Both the position numbers and the translations under genes were made by a program. DNA of 64,000 nucleotides, taken from positions 6,728 through 70,727 of the IMG/VR virus record IMGVR_UViG_3300006467_000491; one strand, written 5' to 3'. The notes beneath the pieces were generated by a model. The model ran no database searches, had not been told where the DNA came from, and saw only the letters and a list, made by a program, of their open reading frames with translations. Below are positions 59,045 to 64,000 of this stretch, one piece after another (position 1 is the first letter of the stretch; each line of letters starts with the position of its first letter). The stretch comes from a virus (Duplodnaviria; Caudoviricetes).

Positions 59045-59105
59045 TCCGATCCGTGCCTCAGTGCGCTGGGGCATCATCGGGCAATTCCGCCTGGAGGAGT
59101 ACAGC

Positions 59106-59360
59106 ATGATCAGCAAACCAGCATATGTAGGCGATGGCGTATACATCCAGCATCGCCCAAACGGAGACGTAACACTGACGACCGGCTGCCACCTGCCACA
59201 AACACCGGCCGAGGCACACGTCGGTCAACCGGGCAACACGATCGTACTGGAGCCAGAAGTCCTGATCGGTGCGATGAACTGGCTGATAATGAGTGATCCG
59301 ACAGCACGATCGTGGTTCGAGGCAATGAGGAATCGAGCAAGATGGAGTGAAGACGCATGA
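59106..59360 (+). CDS. Early-region hypothetical protein
   Basis: YVGDGVYI...IVLEPEV motif; GGAGGAG RBS. Confidence 0.6.
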   Translation: MISKPAYVGDGVYIQHRPNGDVTLTTGCHLPQTPAEAHVGQPGNTIVLEPEVLIGAMNWLIMSDPTARSWFEAMRNRARWSEDA

Positions 59361-59452
59361 ACGAACCACTCATTATCGGCATCTGCATCCTGGCCGGCTT
59401 GATTGCCGGCGTGATTGTCGGTGATCGCACAATCGGGCGGCGAGACCGCTGA
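59357..59452 (+). CDS. 31-aa single-TM peptide
   Basis: MNEPLIIGICILAGLIAGVIVGDRTIGRRDR; ATGA-coupled. Confidence 0.45.
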   Translation: MNEPLIIGICILAGLIAGVIVGDRTIGRRDR

Positions 59453-59472
59453 TCACGTTAAGGAGAGCACAC

Positions 59473-59730
59473 GTGACACACAAAAAACCGCCAACCAACG
59501 ACAGTATTTGCCGAGACTGCGGCTGCCAGATAAGTACGGACGAAGGAAAGAATTTCGGGCACTGCGGTTTCTGCCATATCGTCCTCATGCACCGCCAGCA
59601 GGGGTTTATCGAACTCGGCAGCAATGAGGTGTACGTCATCGACGATCACGCAGCTGACCAGCGGACCCGCCGCGCTGAATCATCTGAGATCCAGTACCAC
59701 GGCGGTCAGTTCAATAGAGGAGAATGGTAA
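59473..59730 (+). CDS. Small zinc-finger protein
   Basis: CRDC...CGFC; AAGGAG RBS. Confidence 0.55.
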   Translation: MTHKKPPTNDSICRDCGCQISTDEGKNFGHCGFCHIVLMHRQQGFIELGSNEVYVIDDHAADQRTRRAESSEIQYHGGQFNRGEW

Positions 59731-59732
59731 CA

Positions 59733-59987
59733 ATGGCCAACATCTTCACAGCCGCAGAAGTGGCGAGGATCTGCAACGTCGCCCCGCGAACCGTCAACAA
59801 GTGGTTCGACGCCGGGAGACTGCGGGGATACCGGATTCCGGGAACAATGGACCGCAGGATTCCCTTTGCGGACCTGCTGGCGTTCCTCACCGAACACGGG
59901 TTTCCACGCGAAGACTTAGCATTCCGCGCTGGACGCACCGAAGTCAGCGAACTCGACAACGAAAGTGAGGCCGACGGTGACACCTGA
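59733..59987 (+). CDS. Excisionase-like (HTH_17/MerR-like) DNA-binding protein
   Basis: FTAAEVARICNVAPRTVNKWFDAGRLRGYRIPGTMDRRIP. Confidence 0.85.
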   Translation: MANIFTAAEVARICNVAPRTVNKWFDAGRLRGYRIPGTMDRRIPFADLLAFLTEHGFPREDLAFRAGRTEVSELDNESEADGDT

Positions 59988-60168
59988 GCGAGCCACCGAG
60001 ATTATCCAACAAGCACGAGAGCGAGCAGGTCACGGCCCGTGGTCTGACCAGCTGCAACACGTGATGACGCTGGACGAACGGCGAGAGTTGCTGGCAGTCT
60101 GGAAAACGATGCCCGGCCACACCGCGTTCGTGGATGTCCTCAACCGCGTAGCAACTGGAGGAGATTGA
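59965..60168 (+). CDS. Hypothetical protein
   Basis: ~63-67 aa; PWSDQLQHVMT...VW motif. Confidence 0.5.
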   Translation: MRPTVTPERATEIIQQARERAGHGPWSDQLQHVMTLDERRELLAVWKTMPGHTAFVDVLNRVATGGD

Positions 60169-60171
60169 CAC

Positions 60172-60387
60172 ATGCACGCACGAAACCAACCTCGACGGTT
60201 CGCTGTGCTCGTCTGCCGCACGGTCAAATCCTACGCCACGATCGACGTGGAGGGCGTGACCAGCTAGCAGGAAGCACGACGAATCGCACTGGAGATCGCC
60301 AGAGCTGAGGACGACGGGGATCGCAATTACACAGAGACCGCTCCACCAGCGTACACCGTCAGGAGCATAGCCAAGGAAATCACCTGA
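60172..60387 (+). pseudogene. 71-codon ORF interrupted by an in-frame TAG at codon 32
   Basis: MHARN...TIDVEGVTS*QEARRIALEIARAE...KEIT; GGAGGAG RBS; terminal TGA abuts the next ATG. Confidence 0.6.
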
Positions 60388-60389
60388 CC

Positions 60390-60644
60390 ATGACTGCGGA
60401 AAAGACCCTGACCGTCATCGAGGCGGCAATCGAACTGGACGTTGACACGTCGCGAATCCAGAAGCTGTGCAGACAGGGGCGACTCGGTTACACGCACGGG
60501 AAACACGGTCGCGCGTGGATCATCACTGCGGAGGAGGTAGCGAAGTACAAGGAGATCGGCCCGCTGAAGCCTCCCGGCCGACCGCCGAAGAAGAAACTGG
60601 CGAAGATCCGACTGGACGGTACACCGGTTTACGAGACCGACTGA
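60390..60644 (+). CDS. Second HTH_17-like DNA-binding protein with AT-hook-like PGRPPK
   Basis: LTVIEAAIELDVDTSRIQKLCRQGRL...WII. Confidence 0.8.
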   Translation: MTAEKTLTVIEAAIELDVDTSRIQKLCRQGRLGYTHGKHGRAWIITAEEVAKYKEIGPLKPPGRPPKKKLAKIRLDGTPVYETD

Positions 60645-60913
60645 ATCATCGCTGCCTTTTGCTCCCGCAGTTTCCCGATAGCGGCATTCATCTCATTGAT
60701 GACTTTTTGAAAGTCGTCAAAAGATGGTGCCGCTTTTTCCATCGTCGGCTCGCCAGCTTGGCCCTGCTGGCACATAGCAAGCGCCTGCATTGCTGCCTGC
60801 ATCTGGCCAACCAAGCCAGCAATCCTCCAGACGATCGTATCGTACTCGTCCGATGCTGCGTCCAAGAGCCCCGAGATCTGGTCGACGTTCTGCTGTTCCA
60901 TTTCGCAGGCCAT
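60629..60913 (-). CDS. Helical-hairpin/coiled-coil protein
   Basis: Start MACEME at 60913 with GGAG RBS. Confidence 0.55.
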   Translation of the reverse strand: MACEMEQQNVDQISGLLDAASDEYDTIVWRIAGLVGQMQAAMQALAMCQQGQAGEPTMEKAAPSFDDFQKVINEMNAAIGKLREQKAAMIQSVS

Positions 60914-61712
60914 TTGAATCTCCGAATACAAGAGTGTTCCCAGCTGGAGTCACCAATGTGGCTGGTAATGTGGCTGGGCTATGCCGGAGAGGCTGGTGCG
61001 GAGTTGCCATAGCAATCCCGTCTGCCGGTTGTGGCACAAGCTCAACTGACGGCGGAGGATCAGACAGAGAGGTTTTGATCCCCGCGATGTTCTTGAGTAT
61101 CGACAGAGCGTTCGCGGATACAATCAGCGACGCGACTGCAATCACAATTGCCCATGCGGTACGTGGATGTTTGATGATTTGCTTTCCAGATAAAAGCCAC
61201 AACCGTTCTGCATCACTGATCTTGTCTCGTGCCGCAAGTCGTTTGTCGAGTTCTTGTATTGCTTGTCGATGTGTATCCAGCATTGCCGTAGCCTCGTTGA
61301 TGTGCTTCAGGGCGACATCCAGCGCGGCTGTATTGTCCCCTGAGATTGGATTCCAATTGAAACAGAACCACTTCATCTCGCCGCTCAGAGGATATCGCAC
61401 TGCTGACAGTTCGCCCGTTCTTGGGCGGCCGCCTTTCGGAACCAACTTTGTCCGCACAGAAAATGATACCCGCTTCCCCAGTTGGCAATCCTTCGCAACC
61501 TCTTCGCCAGCGATAAAATCGTCGTCTCGCGCTGACAGTCGTGACCAGCCCAGTCGTTGCAGCTCGTATGCCGTGTAACCCGACCATCGCTCAAAAGCCT
61601 GATTGGCAGCATGAATCTCGCCATTGCCGCCGCATATTAACAAGCAAGCAGGGGATTCCGTAAACCACACGCGAAACACTTCGGATGTCTCATCGGCCAG
61701 AAAACTCAACAT
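60717..61712 (-). CDS. PAS-domain + coiled-coil + TM protein lacking an output domain
   Basis: FTESPACLLICGGNGEIHAANQAFERWSGYTAYEL (PAS), KGGRPRTGELSA (PAC-like), heptads, TM TAWAIVIAVASLIVSA. Confidence 0.8.
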   Translation of the reverse strand: MLSFLADETSEVFRVWFTESPACLLICGGNGEIHAANQAFERWSGYTAYELQRLGWSRLSARDDDFIAGEEVAKDCQLGKRVSFSVRTKLVPKGGRPRTGELSAVRYPLSGEMKWFCFNWNPISGDNTAALDVALKHINEATAMLDTHRQAIQELDKRLAARDKISDAERLWLLSGKQIIKHPRTAWAIVIAVASLIVSANALSILKNIAGIKTSLSDPPPSVELVPQPADGIAMATPHQPLRHSPATLPATLVTPAGNTLVFGDSNGLRNGTAERRPDLGALGRSIGRVRYDRLEDCWLGWPDAGSNAGACYVPAGPSWRADDGKSGTIF

Positions 61713-61775
61713 GATCAGACCTCGTTCATTCCCAATCGAACCGCTCAGGCAGTTGGGAGTGCGACGGCGGGAGAA

Positions 61776-62000
61776 TTATCCAACGGTTCCGCGACGAGGA
61801 GGCTTCGCCCCCTGCTGCTCGCTTGTGACTCCCTGATCACGTGAATTGAAGCCGAGTGATATCAGGCCGAAGGCAGCCACAATCACTGTGTATTCGGGGT
61901 TTGTGCTCGGATCATCGTCCAGCAACGTCTGCGCTTGCCCGAGCAGCAGTGTGATGCCAGCGAAGATCCCGGATAGAGTTGTTCGCCACGATTTGCTCAT
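61776..62000 (-). CDS. Holin-like 2-TM protein
   Basis: MSKSWRTTLSGIFAGITLLLG...VIVAAFGLISLGFNSRD; the KSWRTTL-G start is typical of small phage holin-like proteins. Confidence 0.6.
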   Translation of the reverse strand: MSKSWRTTLSGIFAGITLLLGQAQTLLDDDPSTNPEYTVIVAAFGLISLGFNSRDQGVTSEQQGAKPPRRGTVG

Positions 62001-63030
62001 GCTTCTCCCCTGACTCATAGAACCACGTCTCACCGACGCGGTACATTGGCAGCCCCGGAATTGGATGATAGGGGCTCGCGACCAATCGAAGCCCCTTGAG
62101 TCTGGGAGCCAGTTTAGCGAGTAAAGGCGGGTACAGGTAGGTGGTAACGGCCGTGACGCGACTCAGATCGAAATCGAGGACATCACCGGTCTCAATTGTC
62201 ACGAGGTGCTCGAATCCGGCTTCTCGGACGTTTCTGCGGGCAATGTCGGCCCGAACAGGATCGAGTTCGACTCCGATCCCCCGGATGCCACGTCGCGCGG
62301 CGGCGAGGAGGATTCGACCATCCCCGCAACCAAGATCCGCAAGAATGTCCCCACTGCGTAAGTCAGCCTGATCCAGTAGATTTTCAACCACAGCATGGGG
62401 TGTGCCCTCCTGATCGGGTGGAACGGCGGTTTGTGACTGCTGCCAATTGTTGAGCTGGCGACGATAATCACGCTGCATGGCGCGAATCTGAATGCACATC
62501 GAGCAATTGCAGTCGCGAGAGTAGGTTTCAAGATCAATCGTTCCCCAGCCCGGCCACTCAATGAAACGGGCGGGAGGCGACAGTGTTTGCGTTGCCACCT
62601 CCCGCTGACTCTCCCTTATTGTCGGCCCGTCCAGCATCCTCACTGCTGCGGCCTTCGATATCGAGCCAACTGTGACCGGCGATAACCATTCACCCGTCTC
62701 GTAGTCAATGACCGCGAAACTGGGGTATCTGGAAATCCGCGTGCGATACTTCTGGTAGATGGCCGGATCGGTCATCTCGAATTCACGAACGGTGTAGCCG
62801 TCGCGTCGGAGCTGGGGGAGAACTGTTTGCTTCCAGGCCTGGCATGGCCCGCACCATGAGGCAGTAAACATCGCCAGGTAGGCGCGATTGGTTGCTGGCT
62901 GCTCGTCAGGGATAACCAACTGCGGAGTTGGTGGCGGGTTCGGCTTGACGACTTCCACCGTGAATCGTGGCGACTCGACAGAAACCGTGAACTGGCCGAT
63001 TAAAACCAGCGCGACGAATTTGCTCAACAT
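61912..63030 (-). CDS. Signal peptide + thioredoxin-like domain + class I SAM methyltransferase fusion
   Basis: MLSKFVALVLIG; FTASWCGPC; CNCSMC; LADLGCGDGRI, GVELDP, TIETGD. Confidence 0.8.
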   Translation of the reverse strand: MLSKFVALVLIGQFTVSVESPRFTVEVVKPNPPPTPQLVIPDEQPATNRAYLAMFTASWCGPCQAWKQTVLPQLRRDGYTVREFEMTDPAIYQKYRTRISRYPSFAVIDYETGEWLSPVTVGSISKAAAVRMLDGPTIRESQREVATQTLSPPARFIEWPGWGTIDLETYSRDCNCSMCIQIRAMQRDYRRQLNNWQQSQTAVPPDQEGTPHAVVENLLDQADLRSGDILADLGCGDGRILLAAARRGIRGIGVELDPVRADIARRNVREAGFEHLVTIETGDVLDFDLSRVTAVTTYLYPPLLAKLAPRLKGLRLVASPYHPIPGLPMYRVGETWFYESGEKHEQIVANNSIRDLRWHHTAARASADVAGR

Positions 63031-63141
63031 GAGTCACAATTCCCCCTTGGTGTGTGGTGCGTTTTCGCACAGTATTATCCGCAGTCAGCGCGGTCTTTCT
63101 GGATTAGACCGCGATGGGGCGGAAGAAAAACAAGTTATCCG

Positions 63142-63369
63142 TCAACACTTCCGCAATCCGTGCATCGACAATTCAACCGTTACCCACGGTTTCCCGCCGT
63201 CTTCCGGTCGCAACACGAAATGATCGTAATACGACTCGCACGAAAAACACTTTTCTCCGTCGGTTACTCGAAATACTGACTTTGGTTCAGGTCGCCGCAT
63301 TAGTCGCCGCCAAAGACGGATAACAAATGCGTGAACCCGAGCACTCATTGTCGCGTGTTCTGTATTCAT
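63142..63369 (-). CDS. Hypothetical protein
   Basis: Start MNTEH; 75 aa. Confidence 0.45.
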   Translation of the reverse strand: MNTEHATMSARVHAFVIRLWRRLMRRPEPKSVFRVTDGEKCFSCESYYDHFVLRPEDGGKPWVTVELSMHGLRKC

Positions 63370-63403
63370 CGTCTTGCTTTCGTGCCGGGTTACGCCGGTA
63401 TCG

Positions 63404-63607
63404 TTACCTGTCCTGATCTTTTGGCTTTGGTCGTTTCCCAACCGTTGGGCGATCACTCAACCCTTCCGCCAAATCCGCGTCAAGATTTGCAGCGGCACAC
63501 TCGCCGAGCCACCGGCTGAGATTCTTTACACCATCGCGGTTCATTTGTTCGTCGATCGCAGCCCAGAGATCGTCGGGCTGCGTTACGTTTTTTCTTTGGC
63601 TGCTCAT
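63404..63607 (-). CDS. Ribbon-helix-helix-like DNA-binding protein
   Basis: RKNVTQPDDLWAAIDEQMNRDGVKNLSRWL. Confidence 0.6.
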   Translation of the reverse strand: MSSQRKNVTQPDDLWAAIDEQMNRDGVKNLSRWLGECAAANLDADLAEGLSDRPTVGKRPKPKDQDR

Positions 63608-63792
63608 GCGGTTTTCAGCCTATCCGCTTTTTTTTCTGCTCGTAGCCGAGACGTTGGCAAGTCAACACCCTTGATTGCTTCTTTCGCTTCGTCGACTGTC
63701 AATTTCGTTGTTCCACTGCATGCGCCTTTGTTGTGCCGAAAAATAAATCGAGTCGTGCCGTTGTCGTCGTAAATTGTGTCTGTGTTTTTCAT
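63604..63792 (-). CDS. Hypothetical protein
   Basis: MKNTDTIY..., coupled to the RHH gene. Confidence 0.45.
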   Translation of the reverse strand: MKNTDTIYDDNGTTRFIFRHNKGACSGTTKLTVDEAKEAIKGVDLPTSRLRAEKKADRLKTA

Positions 63793-63835
63793 CGCTTTAG
63801 CTTTCGAAAAGTGGTTTAGTTGCCTGACACTCGTA

Positions 63836-63864
63836 ATACTACACACGAAATCGACAGCAGTAAA
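63836..63864 (-). promoter_or_regulatory. Possible sigma70-like promoter
   Basis: Minus strand TTTACT-17 nt-TAGTAT in an AT-rich stretch. Confidence 0.35.
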
Positions 63865-64000
63865 GTTATAATACACACTAAATCGAAAGGTTCCTCAAAA
63901 CAGCCGACGGCAGGTAACAATCGCATCCAGCGGAGGCCGGTCGACGCGAAAAAAACGTGGGCAATCGCACATCCGGCCCGCGCTGATGCAAAGCGTTATC

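Larger units (their letters stand above)
54779..59090 (+). repeat. Family of ~50-nt intergenic hairpin repeats
   Basis: Consensus GAATGATCCGAYA-[9-bp stem, 7-nt loop]-ACTCGGGCAATTC at 57003-57053, 57999-58049 and 58433-58483; variants at 59039-59087 and 55586-55635; divergent copies at ~54779-54840 and ~56500-56545. Confidence 0.9.

Noticed and set aside
54779-59105. CRISPR array interpretation of the hairpin repeats
   Set aside because: Intervening segments are 380-1400 nt of complete ORFs, not 30-40-nt spacers, and there are no cas genes.
54779-59105. Integron attC sites
   Set aside because: No RYYYAAC/GTTRRRY core ends and no IntI-type tyrosine recombinase in the window.
60265-60267. Genome-wide TAG recoding (code 15)
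   Set aside because: TAG acts as a true stop right before the next start at 36604, 39809, 31038 and 24497, and long genes are intact under code 11.
1-64000. tRNA/rRNA genes, diversity-generating retroelement, retron, IS transposase
   Set aside because: No cloverleaf, reverse transcriptase (YxDD), template/variable repeat pair or transposase motifs were recognised by eye; a tRNAscan/Infernal run would be needed to exclude them fully.

Overview
The whole window looks like part of one tailed dsDNA phage or prophage genome; no host housekeeping genes are visible. The architecture is podovirus-like: terminase, portal, scaffold, capsid, adaptor, nozzle and tail-spike genes plus putative ejection proteins, with no tail tube or tape measure. 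The host is tentatively Planctomycetota; this is inference from a CsrA, a HTH protein resembling a planctomycete regulator and a secreted thioredoxin-like protein. Layout: (1) 1-10.9 kb, minus strand, replication/recombination module (primase-helicase, GIY-YIG, alphaCTD-like/ERCC4 nuclease, RecD2-like helicase, SSB-like, RecT-like annealase, DEDD exonuclease, CsrA). (2) 11-49.7 kb, minus strand, virion module, including a 4471-aa protein with an adenine methyltransferase + SNF2 helicase (DarB-like) core and an antisense HNH endonuclease. (3) 49.9-53 kb, serine recombinase and small accessory genes. (4) 53-54.2 kb, non-coding, strongly strand-skewed region with a CCTCGC hexamer array and a G-tract cluster (candidate genome end or origin). 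(5) 54.2-60.6 kb, plus strand, array of small early-type genes separated by a conserved ~51-nt covarying hairpin. (6) 60.6-64 kb, minus strand, membrane/accessory genes. Most striking are the hairpin-delimited gene-cassette array and two membrane cassettes in which an output-less sensor domain (an ethylene-receptor-type Cu-binding domain; a PAS domain) sits next to a holin-like gene, with no recognisable endolysin in the window. All protein calls come from motif recognition by eye; no database searches were run.
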